Shown piece by piece: positions 17,739-28,416 of a DNA stretch of 64,000 bases. The DNA lies in NCBI GenBank assembly GCA_963664325.2, contig CAXXDQ010000007.1, forward strand, positions 96,001 through 160,000. Direction: 5' to 3'. Every line of letters begins with the position of its first letter. Within the stretch, counting starts at the first letter, position 1. Origin of the DNA: Desulfomonilia bacterium (GTDB taxonomy: Bacteria > Desulfobacterota > Desulfomonilia > UBA1062). A model generated the notes under the pieces. The model saw nothing but the letters and a program-made list of their open reading frames with translations. It searched no databases and was not told the origin of the DNA. A program made the position numbers and the translations under genes.

Positions 17739-18170
17739 ATGAAGGTTGAACAGATTTCGATATTCCTTGAAAACAAGCCTGGCGGCCTTTCCGAGGTGAC
17801 GAGAATCCTTAAGGAAAACAACATAAACATCAGGGCGTTATCGCTCGCCGATACGACCGATTTCGGGATATTGAGACTCATTGTCAATGATGTTGAAAAG
17901 ACCAAGGAAAAACTCAAGGCGGCCGGCCTGAGTGTCGGCCGGACCACCGTCGTCGCACTTGAAGTGCCGGATACGCCGGGAGGACTCAACAGCATCCTCG
18001 AGGCCTTGTCAAAAGAAGGCATCAATGTGGAATACATGTACGCATTTATTCAGAGCAGCGGGAAAAATGCGGTTATAATTTTCCGGTTCGACAATACCGA
18101 CCGTGCGATTGAAATACTCACAGGCGCCGGTTTTAAAGTCCTTTCCGGGGAAAAGGTCTATTCATTATAA
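17739..18170 (+). CDS. Tandem ACT-domain protein associated with paaK/ior
   Basis: [13 protein letters not shown]...[20 protein letters not shown]...NVEYMYAF. Confidence 0.9.
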   Translation: MKVEQISIFLENKPGGLSEVTRILKENNINIRALSLADTTDFGILRLIVNDVEKTKEKLKAAGLSVGRTTVVALEVPDTPGGLNSILEALSKEGINVEYMYAFIQSSGKNAVIIFRFDNTDRAIEILTGAGFKVLSGEKVYSL

Positions 18171-18205
18171 GTTATGTAAAGCTGAAATTACAAAGAAGGG
18201 TGAAC

Positions 18206-18271
18206 AAGAGGCACAAAGGCACAGGGTTTAAGGATTTTGGTACAAACTTTGTGCTTATGTGCCTCTTTTTT
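18206..18271 (+). terminator. Hairpin of inverted GGCACAAA-type octamers with a U tract
   Basis: AAGAGGCACAAAGGCAC pairs with GTGCTTATGTGCCTCTT, ending in a T run, just after the ior-paaK-ACT operon. Confidence 0.55.
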
Positions 18272-18447
18272 AAAACCCCGTACCTCTGTATTTAAATCCG
18301 GCCTGATGTTTATCAACACTTTATTACTTCATGTTTTAAAAAATGCATCTGGACAAAATCATGTCAGTTATTGTTAAGAATTTAATAGATTTAATGATAA
18401 TTAATATAAATGAATAATCTGCCGATAAAAGAAATAGAAGGAACAGT

Positions 18448-18978
18448 ATGAAAAAATTAATTGCCGATATCAAAGGCGTAACTCTGATGGAACTTGTTAT
18501 AGCGCTTACGATTGTCGCGATCGGAGCAGCCATTGCGGCCCCCAACATGAGCGGATGGATGGCGAGATCAAAAATAAACGCAGAGGCAAGGAATGTCTAT
18601 TCCGTATATCAGCTTGCCCGTTCAGAGGCAATAAAGAGAAACCGGGATGTAACGGTAGGAATTGTTTTCGGGTCAAATTACGGTCAGAGCGTTATCTGTT
18701 CCTGTGTCGGGACAAATGCAGATGTGCAGGCCTGGCTAGGCGGTACCAATCCACCCGCTATTATTACACCAATGACTACACTGCCTAGCGATATCAAATT
18801 GAGCTTGGTCGGAAATACCAGTTATGCCGGTCTGAGAACATGGGACTTTACATCAAGAGGTACATTTGTCAGCGGGAATGAAAATCAACCTTTTGATATG
18901 ATTAACAAGAAGCTAGCATCCTCAAATTTCAAGAAAAGCTTCACGTTCACAATTGGCGGTAGCATTACAATACATTAA
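18448..18978 (+). CDS. fimT: FimT/FimU (GspH-like) minor pilin
   Basis: Class III signal KG|VTLMELVI; LARSEAIKRN motif. Confidence 0.85.
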   Translation: MKKLIADIKGVTLMELVIALTIVAIGAAIAAPNMSGWMARSKINAEARNVYSVYQLARSEAIKRNRDVTVGIVFGSNYGQSVICSCVGTNADVQAWLGGTNPPAIITPMTTLPSDIKLSLVGNTSYAGLRTWDFTSRGTFVSGNENQPFDMINKKLASSNFKKSFTFTIGGSITIH

Positions 18979-19021
18979 TTGTTTAAGATTTTTTCCTGAA
19001 ACGCCGATTTGTAATTTATAT

Positions 19022-19855
19022 ATGAGTACTTTTAATAATATCAATAAAAGTACAATAATAAAATCCCCGGTGTTTCCCAGTATGAAATCTGTGCCAGTCT
19101 GTTTAACAAAGGCAAGAAACGATTTATCACCAAAAAAACAATATTCCAAATATATCAAGGGGTTCACTCTGATAGAAATACTTGTCGCAATGCTCCTGGG
19201 GCTGATTGTAATGGCAGCCGTTTTTTTCTATTACAACACCATAAACAGCAGCGGGATATCACAGCGGGAGATAACCGCAATCCAGAATGACCTCATTGCC
19301 GTAACCGAGACCATGGAAACGGATTTAATGAATGCAGGCTGCAACCCAAAAACGACCTCATCGTTTTCCGGCTATAACGGTGTTTACTATAAATATTCAG
19401 GGCCGGGCTCGATCATGGTCAATGCCGATTTGGATAAAAACGGGGTTTATTCAGGAGACAACAGGCCGGCCTCGTATTCTGAAAACGAGAGGATTATTTA
19501 CCGCATAAACAAGGCGGCACAAACGCTTGAAAGAATATATTACGAATATAACGGCAGCACCTATATAAAAACAGTCACCCAGCCGATCTTAAAAAATGTC
19601 ACAAATTTCAATATTACCTACTGGAGCACCGCCCTGAACGAGTATGTCACTCCTTCTTCGGACATTACATACCCTGCGACTCTCCCATCCGGATGGACAG
19701 TGCCAGCAAGCGATAACACATTAACAAGCGCAGAAGCGGCCAGGGTGAAAGCGGTAGTTGTTAAAATTACCGCCAGGACTGATAAAAAAGACCCCCACAC
19801 GGGACAGTACGCAGAGAGGTCGGCGGAAAAGTGGATTGATATGAGGAACCGGTAA
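19022..19855 (+). CDS. pilW: PilW-like minor pilin (start uncertain, 19022 or 19082)
   Basis: KG|FTLIEILVAM, DLMNAGCNP, C-terminal MRN. Confidence 0.8.
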   Translation: MSTFNNINKSTIIKSPVFPSMKSVPVCLTKARNDLSPKKQYSKYIKGFTLIEILVAMLLGLIVMAAVFFYYNTINSSGISQREITAIQNDLIAVTETMETDLMNAGCNPKTTSSFSGYNGVYYKYSGPGSIMVNADLDKNGVYSGDNRPASYSENERIIYRINKAAQTLERIYYEYNGSTYIKTVTQPILKNVTNFNITYWSTALNEYVTPSSDITYPATLPSGWTVPASDNTLTSAEAARVKAVVVKITARTDKKDPHTGQYAERSAEKWIDMRNR

Positions 19856-20311
19856 ATGGAAAAGCAAAAACATATCCCGGGAAAAAGAGGGTTTAGCTTG
19901 ATAGAGATACTGGTGGCTATTGCGATCTTTACCTGCGCCATGTTTGCCGGAATCAAGCTTGTCAATTCCGCGACGGAAAACAATGCTTACAGCAGGAATT
20001 CCATGACCGCGGTTTACTGGGCCGAAAGTGTTGTTGAATGGCTCAGGTATCAGCCTGTCTGCCTGTCCGTGGATGGCAAGACCGGAAACTGCCTGACGCG
20101 CAATAAAGACTATTATGGCGAGACGCTCCCGTTTACCAGGTCGATACCCGATTATCAGGTAATAAACGGCATCCATTACAACCTGACCTGGACCGTTTCC
20201 GAGATACCGGATTCAGGTTCGGAAAAAGTGGATGTTAAACTGGAGTGGAGCGAAAAAAGTTCACCCCGCTCATTTGCTTTAACATTTATCAAGGGAAGGA
20301 ATTCGGGATGA
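19856..20311 (+). CDS. pilV: PilV-like minor pilin
   Basis: RG|FSLIEILVAIAIF; short pilin body. Confidence 0.8.
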   Translation: MEKQKHIPGKRGFSLIEILVAIAIFTCAMFAGIKLVNSATENNAYSRNSMTAVYWAESVVEWLRYQPVCLSVDGKTGNCLTRNKDYYGETLPFTRSIPDYQVINGIHYNLTWTVSEIPDSGSEKVDVKLEWSEKSSPRSFALTFIKGRNSG

Positions 20312-20781
20312 AGATCGACAATAAAGGTTCGGCCGTCCTGATGATCGTACTCATAGTCCTGATTGCCGCCCTGGTGGTAAGCATGTTTGTCGCTTATAAC
20401 GCATTTTTCGGGCTCAAGATCGCCGGCAACCAGAAAAACTATGCCCAGGGAATATATGCTCTGGATTCCGTATCCTCCTGGTTTCTCGAAGACCCTGACC
20501 GCATAATCGACTCCGCAGGCACGAAATATACCGAGAATGAAGAAGACAGGAAAACGATAGCGGGCAGCCTGCTGCCCGACTATACTATTCCCAACCAGGG
20601 CAGCCTCAGAGACAACGTGACCCTGGAAGTAGCACTGGGCCATACCAGCATGCCTGCTGCGGGCACCGGGAACAGCGTATGGCATGTCCAGGCCTTTAAT
20701 TTTCATGCCACGGCAACGCATAAAAAGACCGACAAGAAGGTTATGATAGGGAGACAGGTAATACTTCCAAAACCTCACTAG
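20308..20781 (+). CDS. pilX: PilX-like minor pilin
   Basis: NKG|SAVLMIVLI, lacking E5 as is typical of PilX; IAGNQK; lies before pilY1. Confidence 0.75.
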   Translation: MKIDNKGSAVLMIVLIVLIAALVVSMFVAYNAFFGLKIAGNQKNYAQGIYALDSVSSWFLEDPDRIIDSAGTKYTENEEDRKTIAGSLLPDYTIPNQGSLRDNVTLEVALGHTSMPAAGTGNSVWHVQAFNFHATATHKKTDKKVMIGRQVILPKPH

Positions 20782-20812
20782 AATGCATGACCGGGTAACA
20801 GGGGGATAACGG

Positions 20813-23800
20813 ATGAATAGAAAAAGAATGGTCTTTTTTCCCTTGATGATTCTTATTATGATCATACCCTCAAGTTTTTATGCCATGGAGCCGCTGGGTG
20901 ATACGGGCATGTTCGTAAACAATACGGCCATGGTCCCGAATGTGCTTATCATCCTGGACAATTCTTTTGATATGAATGAAAAAATATGCAGCCAGGCCTA
21001 TAATAAGACTACGAATTATTGCAGCCAGGGATGCAACAATGTGTGCAAGTATGTAAACGAATCCATCTATTACAAGGAAGATTTTTCAGACCACTGGAGC
21101 CTGCTCACAGACAATATCTCCAACCTTGAAAGCGGCTGCACGGATGGAATCAAAGCCGCACTCAATGCCCAGGGCTTTTATGACCCGTACGATGACGCCT
21201 GCGTAAGCAAATATGGAGACCATACCGTCTGCCTTAATTCCCATCTGCTTGCCCATTGCAGGCTGGAATGCGATTACTGGCAGTGCATGTGCGGCTATCA
21301 CAGGGTGGCGACAGGACATTACCTCAATTTCAAGTACTGCAACAAATATTCCGACCCGTCGTGCCCGAGCCGGTATGATTATGCCAGGCAGAGGCTTTTC
21401 GAGATCGTGAACGACCTGGGCATAGATAAAACCGCCCCGGCCGGGGTAAGCAACCAGCTCATGAAGCTAGGGATCATGTCATTTGCCACGGTTCCGCACG
21501 ACCAGTACTGCAGAATATGGGGTTGCGAAACCGTTGAAGACAAGACATGCGGCCTGAACAAAAACGAACAGTGCCAGAGAAATTATATGGGTGCCTATGT
21601 CGTAGCCCCGATAGGGTCCGGCTACGGGAGCTGCAAGGCCATCCCCGGGGACAGCGATTTCCAGCGGGCGCTCAACGAAGTAACCCTCGAGTCATCGGCG
21701 ACGGCAGGCATGCCCCTGGCCGAGGGGCTTGCCGAGGCCGGGCTTTATTTTGCGGGTCAGCCTTCATGGTCATTCAGGAGATACGGCAAGGGTTATAAAA
21801 ACAGGGACTATTCGGTTCCCCAGTATATCAGTGATCATTTCAACCCTTCATCATATAAATCCCAGTTCATCGACGAATCAACCATGACATACTATTCACC
21901 GATCAACTGGAGGTGCCAGAAAAACTATATAATCCTGCTCACGGCCGGCAACCCGAAACAGAGGACTGAAGACGGTGTATTCAGGGCGTTCAGAGACAAC
22001 TGCGCATGGTCCTGCAATGACGTGGAAAAGATAGCCGACTGGAACCTTTTTACCGGAAACAAGTGGAGGCCGGACAGCTGCCAGGGCTATATGAAGGTAT
22101 GGGATGCAGGGGACGCCGAGCAGTGCCTGCCGATTGCGAATACCGGCACAAGTGACTGGGACGCAAGCGATGTCGCGGGGTTTTTGTACAGCAACGACAT
22201 CCTTGGCGGCAAAATACCGGACGGTCCCAAGGGCTGCAACAGAGGCGATAAGACAACTTATTTCAATGACCCTGATTACCCGAAACAGAATGTCATAACC
22301 TATGTGATAGGTTTTTCCGATGCCTCGGACTATGGCCGCGACCTTATGAAAAGAACGGCCCAGAAAGGCGGTTCGGGCAATTATTATTCGATAACGGACC
22401 AGCATGACCTTGATGCCGCATTGACGGAGATTTTCACTACGATCATGAAAAACAGCGCGGAATATGTTTCGCCAGTTGTGCCGGTCAGCAGGCAGAACGG
22501 CATATATGCCGGAGATTCGGTATATCTGGGCCAGTTCAAGACGGCCTCGGGCGTGCCCTGGATAGGCAACCTTAAAAAATACTGGCTCGATACAAAGGGG
22601 AATATCCTTCAAAAAGACGGGACCGTGGCCACATGCTGCGATGTTGACGGCAACTGCAGGTATACCGCGGCGGATGTATCATGCACGGATTCGGCAGGCA
22701 ATGTTTACAGGGATATGATCAAGGACAGCTCGACTTCTTCCTGGTCTGTTTCGGGAGACGGAAACAATGTCGAGCGGGGTGCCGCCGGCAGGATAGTAAA
22801 AGATGCCACGACGGCCAATCCGACAACCGGAAGAAAGATTCTGACATCAAAATACACCTCATCAACACTGATCGACATTACGACCTTAACGAAAGAAGAC
22901 CTTGGTCTGGCCACGGACACCGAGAAAGATGAAATACTTTCATATGTGACGGGGCTGTCTGTAGGTTCTGTAAACAATACGGAAACCAAAAAGCTTCGCA
23001 CCTGGTATATGGGCGACATAATTCATTCAAGGCCGGTAATAGTGGAAAACGGCAGCAAGTATCTCATATACGTCGGCGATAACAGCGGCCAGCTGCACTG
23101 TTTTGAAGATGACCTGGATAAATATTCGGGCACAAGAAATGCGAACGGGCAATATATGGACGGGCAAAACGCACTTTCAGAAAAATGGTCGTTTATCCCG
23201 GGAGAGTACCTGACCAAGCTGAGCAAGATCAAGAATGACAGGTATCCCCTTTATTTTGTTGACGGGAGCCCCGTAATTCATGACGCAGGGACGGAAAGGC
23301 TGATTACCTTCGGGTTCAGAAGAGGGGGCGGCAGCTACATAACGCTCAAAATAGGGGATGTCGATAGTAATGGTAATTTTACGGAAACAACCCCTGCATG
23401 GAAATGGACATATCCAAATGGGGACAAAACAATCGGCGGCAAGGGTGAGGCTTTCGGGCAGTCCTGGCTGAGGCCGATACCCTGTAACATACTGACTGCG
23501 AACGGACCTTCAAAGATGCTCATTCTTGCCGGAGGTTACGACCCCGGAGCGGAAGACGCAAATGACCCCGGCAGGCCAGACATGGCCACGAATGCGGACA
23601 CAAAGGGCAGGGGCCTGTATGCGGTTTATGCCGATACCGGCAATGCATACGGCGAATCGGTTTTTGTCAACGACAGCGAACTCCCGATATCCGGTTCGAT
23701 TGTGGATGTATTGCCTTACGACAGGACAGGTGACGGCAATATAGATACGATTTATGCGGGAGACATGAACGGAAATATCTATGTCTTCTGGAACTGGGCG

Positions 23801-24706
23801 TTAAATCCCGCTGCCGGCATCTATGAGGATACCACGACATGGCAGAAGAGGCGGATATTCACGGGCAGAAGCAAGGGCGGTGGCGGAATGATATTGAAAT
23901 TCTTCCAGGCCCCTGATGTCGTGATGGGGACGAATTACTCATATAAATGTCCCGATGACGGCTCGAGCGAATCGACACCCCTGGATTATGTCCTGATCGG
24001 CACCGGCGACAGGGAGCATCCAAGATCCGCTAAAATAACCAGCGGCTCCAAGCAGACCTATGACAGGCTCTACGGAATCAGGCATCTGTTTTATGATTAC
24101 AATGGATGCCCCTCGGCTGTTAAGTATCCACTGACTGATTCGAATTTGACAAATGTAACTAATTATACATCAACATCATACTGGCTGACGACCTATGCCT
24201 CGCAGCTTAACTGGTACATCGTGTTTGATGAAGATATAGCCTCGGGCATCTACGGCGAAAAGGTGATCTCCCAGCCGATAGTGTTTGACGGGGTCGCTTA
24301 TTTCACCACGTATATACCTCCGTTGCCCATGAACAGGAGGGCCTGCGATTTCAATTGCAACACTCACTGCAGCGACGCCGACGGCTGGTGCAAGGAGGAC
24401 AGGTGCAAACCGACCGAACTCGGCAGAACCCGCGTGTATGCCGTGGACTACAGAAACGGCAACCCCGTATGGAGCAGAGAGACTTCGGAAGGGTTGGCCG
24501 ACAGGGACGGTACGCCGGGGAAGGCCTTTATCAAGAAGGACCGCTGGATTGCAGAGGGCGTGGGTATGTCGTCCCAGCCGACCCTGATTGTGACGAAGGA
24601 CAGCCCCATCCTCCTTATAGCTACTTCAAAAGGAGTTATGAAGATCAATACCGATAAGATAAAGAAAAGGAAGAAGGGCCAGAAGAGCTACTGGATGATA
24701 AAGTAG
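20813..24706 (+). CDS. pilY1: PilY1/PilC type IV pilus tip adhesin, Cys-rich
   Basis: Signal peptide; vWA-like VLIILDNS; CQKNYIILLT; WIGNLKKY; GDIIHSRP; GQSW; Ca-binding loop DRTGDGNID; GTGDRE. Confidence 0.92.
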   Translation: MNRKRMVFFPLMILIMIIPSSFYAMEPLGDTGMFVNNTAMVPNVLIILDNSFDMNEKICSQAYNKTTNYCSQGCNNVCKYVNESIYYKEDFSDHWSLLTDNISNLESGCTDGIKAALNAQGFYDPYDDACVSKYGDHTVCLNSHLLAHCRLECDYWQCMCGYHRVATGHYLNFKYCNKYSDPSCPSRYDYARQRLFEIVNDLGIDKTAPAGVSNQLMKLGIMSFATVPHDQYCRIWGCETVEDKTCGLNKNEQCQRNYMGAYVVAPIGSGYGSCKAIPGDSDFQRALNEVTLESSATAGMPLAEGLAEAGLYFAGQPSWSFRRYGKGYKNRDYSVPQYISDHFNPSSYKSQFIDESTMTYYSPINWRCQKNYIILLTAGNPKQRTEDGVFRAFRDNCAWSCNDVEKIADWNLFTGNKWRPDSCQGYMKVWDAGDAEQCLPIANTGTSDWDASDVAGFLYSNDILGGKIPDGPKGCNRGDKTTYFNDPDYPKQNVITYVIGFSDASDYGRDLMKRTAQKGGSGNYYSITDQHDLDAALTEIFTTIMKNSAEYVSPVVPVSRQNGIYAGDSVYLGQFKTASGVPWIGNLKKYWLDTKGNILQKDGTVATCCDVDGNCRYTAADVSCTDSAGNVYRDMIKDSSTSSWSVSGDGNNVERGAAGRIVKDATTANPTTGRKILTSKYTSSTLIDITTLTKEDLGLATDTEKDEILSYVTGLSVGSVNNTETKKLRTWYMGDIIHSRPVIVENGSKYLIYVGDNSGQLHCFEDDLDKYSGTRNANGQYMDGQNALSEKWSFIPGEYLTKLSKIKNDRYPLYFVDGSPVIHDAGTERLITFGFRRGGGSYITLKIGDVDSNGNFTETTPAWKWTYPNGDKTIGGKGEAFGQSWLRPIPCNILTANGPSKMLILAGGYDPGAEDANDPGRPDMATNADTKGRGLYAVYADTGNAYGESVFVNDSELPISGSIVDVLPYDRTGDGNIDTIYAGDMNGNIYVFWNWALNPAAGIYEDTTTWQKRRIFTGRSKGGGGMILKFFQAPDVVMGTNYSYKCPDDGSSESTPLDYVLIGTGDREHPRSAKITSGSKQTYDRLYGIRHLFYDYNGCPSAVKYPLTDSNLTNVTNYTSTSYWLTTYASQLNWYIVFDEDIASGIYGEKVISQPIVFDGVAYFTTYIPPLPMNRRACDFNCNTHCSDADGWCKEDRCKPTELGRTRVYAVDYRNGNPVWSRETSEGLADRDGTPGKAFIKKDRWIAEGVGMSSQPTLIVTKDSPILLIATSKGVMKINTDKIKKRKKGQKSYWMIK

Positions 24707-24882
24707 TTCCTGCCCGGAAGCCCGATACGGGATCAACCATACATCGTCGACAGACGCCTGTTTTAATTCTTTGGCAGATATAACGGACCCGGAAAACTGA
24801 GAACAACAAGATCTAGGAGAAAAGCAGGCATATACAGCCTGTCACATGTTAAAAAGGCGGTTTAACAAAACTGGTAAGGCCT

Positions 24883-25314
24883 TTACTTCCCTCTCCATTC
24901 CTCCTGGGCGCATGTACCGTTTCCGAAACCCGGATTAGTGGCGGCTGCGTATCCCTGCAGACCGTCAGATTGCATGCAGGGTCTTCTTAAAATCGGGCTG
25001 GCTCCGCCCGGTTCGGCGTAAACGACAAACTGAGTGGCTGTCGGGAGGTTTATATTCAGGGTGTAGTACCTGGTTACTCGAGTTACGCGCAAACCATAGC
25101 TTGTCGCTAAGTCAGCAAAACTATTTATATATCTGCCTGTTTCAGCAAAGCATTTTTCATTGGCAAGCGCTAGTGCCTGTATATCTGTGTATGCCTGCGA
25201 CATTCTTCCCCTCTGCAGATAACCTGAATAGACAGGAACGGCGATTGCGGCAAGAATTCCGACAACGGCTACGACTATCATGAGTTCTGCTAGCGTAAAA
25301 CCTTTCTTGTTCAT
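24883..25314 (-). CDS. pilE: PilE-like type IV pilin
   Basis: KKG|FTLAELMIVVAVVGILAAIAVPVY; C-terminal Cys pair. Confidence 0.85.
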   Translation of the reverse strand: MNKKGFTLAELMIVVAVVGILAAIAVPVYSGYLQRGRMSQAYTDIQALALANEKCFAETGRYINSFADLATSYGLRVTRVTRYYTLNINLPTATQFVVYAEPGGASPILRRPCMQSDGLQGYAAATNPGFGNGTCAQEEWRGK

Positions 25315-25771
25315 GGCTCTTCTCCTTAATAAGTCTTTTCGGTAGATATTCCATAAGTATTAACATCAAATATCAAAGTACTGGAAAGAATACGCGGTTT
25401 CAAATTATTAATCTCCGTTTCCTTATTGATATCCGTCTCAATCAGGCATCCTCCAGAAATTTCTTAACAGTCAATTCATAATACTATCACAAATATAATA
25501 GTCAAACATGTACTTGGAAAAATGACAGATTAAATCATGAAAACAACGATTCTTAAGTCTATTTTGAACATTAAATTAAAGTATAAACTTATTTTCCATT
25601 TTCCCGAATGCGGTTATTCCTGTCAGTATGCCTTGTTTCCGGTAACAAACTCCATGACCGTATGGATGTTTAATCAAAAATCATTTATTGACTTTTGTAA
25701 TAATGTGCTATTGGAATGCAGAAACTTTTTATCGAAGACTCGTCAAGTAAAATGCTTAAGAGGTTACAGGA

Positions 25772-27115
25772 ATGAAACTTTATTCAAAGATGGTTCTCAT
25801 ATCAATGTTGACTGCCGGCTGTCTGATGCCATCCTTGCTTAATGCCGGTGAATATTCGCTTAATGATCTTTTCATAATAGCCCTTAAACAATCTGAAAAG
25901 ATTCAATTCTCGCAGGAAAATCTGGCGATAGCGAGAATAGGGAAGGCAAAGGCAATATCAGCGCTGATCCCCAGGGTTACAGGATATGGACAATATACTG
26001 AATATAAAAGCAAGGAGTATAGTTATAACTATATACAGTTCCCCTCGTCATTGCACATGGATCCCATTGAGATTAAATCGCTCACCCAGCCTGATTCTGC
26101 CGGAGGCTGGGGCATAAGGGCGGATGAATCATTTTCGCTGGGCCTGCGCGAGTTTACCGCTCTTTCAATGGCGGAAACAGGTATTAAGAAAAGCTCGCTG
26201 GATCTTGATAATACAAAAGAGGAGTTCATGCTGCAGGTTGCAAGGGCGTATTTTGACTGCCTGAGGTCTTCAAGACAGTATGATATTGCAAAGGCAAACC
26301 TTGAAAGGCTTACGCAATACAGGGACATGGCGGAAAAAAGGCTCAAGGTCGGTGAGGCTACAAAGACTGTACTGCTAAGGGCTGAAGGAGAACTTTCCGG
26401 CTCAAAATCAGAAATGGTTAATGCCGGCAATGCGGTCAATCTGACAAGGGCGGTGCTTGTAAGGCTGACCGGTATAGAGACGGATTTTACTTTAAAGGAA
26501 CTCGCAGTTGAAGACAGAGAATTGCCGGATCTTGAATCATTGAAGGAATCCGCATATTCAAACCGTTCTGACCTTAAAAGTTCTGATTTCGTGAAAAAAC
26601 TGGCTTCTCAGCAAAAGTCGTATGCAATAGGTTCATACTTCCCGAACGTGACATTGAGCGGCCTTTATCAAAGGACTGATATGAGTCCGGGCGACATAAA
26701 TTATGTCCCGGAAACAGCGTCATTAAGCGCTTCATTCAATTTTCCCCTCTTTGTCGGAGGGTATAGAAAAGCCGATGTGGATGAGGCACAGGCAAAATAC
26801 AAGCAGGCCTCGCTTATGTATGATGATCTCAAGAAGAACATATCGATTGAGGTGGAGACCGCATGGCTGGAAGTCAAGGCCAGGAAACAGGCAATCGGTT
26901 ATCTCAGCGATCAGGTGGCCTTTGCAAACAATAATTATTATTCCGTTTCGAGGCAGTTCGAGGTGGGACTGGCAAACAGCATTGACCTGCTCGATGCGAA
27001 TACCCTTTTGCTGACCTCTGAAAAGACCCTTACCAACGAGACATATGCACTGCAGACCGCGCTTCTGAAACTCAAAAGGGCCACCGGCGAACTGCTGAAC
27101 AGCGCCGGCAAATAG
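25772..27115 (+). CDS. TolC-family outer membrane efflux protein
   Basis: Signal peptide and two OEP repeats (VARAYFD...RLKVGEA; PLFVGG...QFEVGLA..DLLDA). Confidence 0.92.
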   Translation: MKLYSKMVLISMLTAGCLMPSLLNAGEYSLNDLFIIALKQSEKIQFSQENLAIARIGKAKAISALIPRVTGYGQYTEYKSKEYSYNYIQFPSSLHMDPIEIKSLTQPDSAGGWGIRADESFSLGLREFTALSMAETGIKKSSLDLDNTKEEFMLQVARAYFDCLRSSRQYDIAKANLERLTQYRDMAEKRLKVGEATKTVLLRAEGELSGSKSEMVNAGNAVNLTRAVLVRLTGIETDFTLKELAVEDRELPDLESLKESAYSNRSDLKSSDFVKKLASQQKSYAIGSYFPNVTLSGLYQRTDMSPGDINYVPETASLSASFNFPLFVGGYRKADVDEAQAKYKQASLMYDDLKKNISIEVETAWLEVKARKQAIGYLSDQVAFANNNYYSVSRQFEVGLANSIDLLDANTLLLTSEKTLTNETYALQTALLKLKRATGELLNSAGK

Positions 27116-27185
27116 GTGTCAAAGATCAAACGGGAAGCTTTTGGATAAGAGAAAGGGGACAGATTTAATGTTTAAAGGAAATAAA

Positions 27186-28250
27186 ATGCGCTGGGCAGTC
27201 GTGGCAACAATCACTCTATCCGTTTTTATTGTATCAGGCTGCACGAAAAAAGAGCAGACGCAGGCTGAAAAAATCATCAATGTCAGGATTGGCGCCCCGG
27301 AAAAAAGGACGGTAAGGCCATATATAATGGCGGTCGGAACATTGAAGCCTTTTGACGAGGTGACGATAAGCCCAGAAGTCGACGGGATAATCAAGTCAAT
27401 CAATATAGACGAGGGAAAGATAGTAAAAAAAGGTGAAGTCCTGGCCGAGATAAATGATATTGATTTCAAGCTTGACCTTGAGCGTGCGGAGTCCGGGTTG
27501 AAGCAGGCCGAGGCGTCACTGGCGAATACGAAAACGGAATACGAGAGAAAAGAAACGCTCCTTAAGGAAGAGCTTGTCACGAGGCAGCAGTTCGATGATG
27601 TTTCGACAAGACGGATCATCGCATCGAGCGACCTGGACAAGGCAAGGGCAACCCTGTCTCTTGCTAAACAGAGGCTCGGCAAAACGAGGATCATATCCCC
27701 GGTAAACGGGGCTGTAAAAGAAAAAAGAATTTCAATGGGCGATTTTGCAAGGGCCTCGGTCCCTGTGGCCGTGATAATAATCATCGACCCTTTGAAGCTT
27801 GTATTTTCAATCGGCGAAAAAGACGTTTCGCGCATTAAAGCAGGCCAGGAGGTCGCCTTTACCATAGACACCTTCAAAGACCGGGAGTTTAAGGGCAAGG
27901 TAAGCACGATCTATCCGGGGCTTGATGAGAAGAGCCGCACATTAACCGTCGAGGCCCTGGTGCCGAACAGCGACCATGCCCTTAAGGCCGGTTTTTTCAC
28001 GCAGGTCAAAGTTTATACTGATACCGAGAAAGAGGCCGTCCTGATTCCGACGACGGCTGTAGTATATGACGAAAGCAAGGCCAAAGTATTCATTCTCGAC
28101 GGCAATGCCGCCCGGGAGATCATGGTCAGGCCCGGTGATACCTATGGCGATATGATGGAAATTACTGAAGGGCTGTCAGGAAATGAAAAGATCATAGTTG
28201 TGGGGCAGAATAATCTTGCGGCCGGGGTGAAGGTCAATGTCCTCAAATAG
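27186..28250 (+). CDS. RND membrane fusion protein (lipoprotein; start may be 27168)
   Basis: Lipobox VSGC, ISPEVDG, ISPVNG, GLSGNEKIIVVG. Confidence 0.92.
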   Translation: MRWAVVATITLSVFIVSGCTKKEQTQAEKIINVRIGAPEKRTVRPYIMAVGTLKPFDEVTISPEVDGIIKSINIDEGKIVKKGEVLAEINDIDFKLDLERAESGLKQAEASLANTKTEYERKETLLKEELVTRQQFDDVSTRRIIASSDLDKARATLSLAKQRLGKTRIISPVNGAVKEKRISMGDFARASVPVAVIIIIDPLKLVFSIGEKDVSRIKAGQEVAFTIDTFKDREFKGKVSTIYPGLDEKSRTLTVEALVPNSDHALKAGFFTQVKVYTDTEKEAVLIPTTAVVYDESKAKVFILDGNAAREIMVRPGDTYGDMMEITEGLSGNEKIIVVGQNNLAAGVKVNVLK

Positions 28251-28299
28251 ATCTGTGCAGTGCAATGCTGCTTTGCGCTCTGAAGCCGTCCCTGACAGG

Positions 28300-28335
28300 G
28301 CAGCTGCGGTATGTATGAAAAGTACGCCCCGTGCC
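28300..28335. repeat. Degenerate copy of the RPE-like palindrome core
   Basis: GCTGCGGTATGTATGAAAAGTACGCCCCG in the MFP-permease gap resembles the reverse complement of the core at 7595-7622. Confidence 0.35.
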
Positions 28336-28416
28336 TTGACAATGTTGCTCCCCGGCCCTAATCGCTGCGATTTTCTGTATGCAATGGGCAGGAGCTTGTA
28401 AACGAAAGGTTAAACC

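Noticed and set aside
13991-18170. iorAB-paaK-ACT as a novel system
   Set aside because: A well-known conserved cluster in anaerobic bacteria and methanogens.
20813-24706. PilY1 as a multiheme cytochrome
   Set aside because: Many Cys but no CxxCH motif found.
25537-25842. 101-aa AT-rich ORF
   Set aside because: Lies in the divergent pilE/tolC promoter region and overlaps the tolC start; no motifs.
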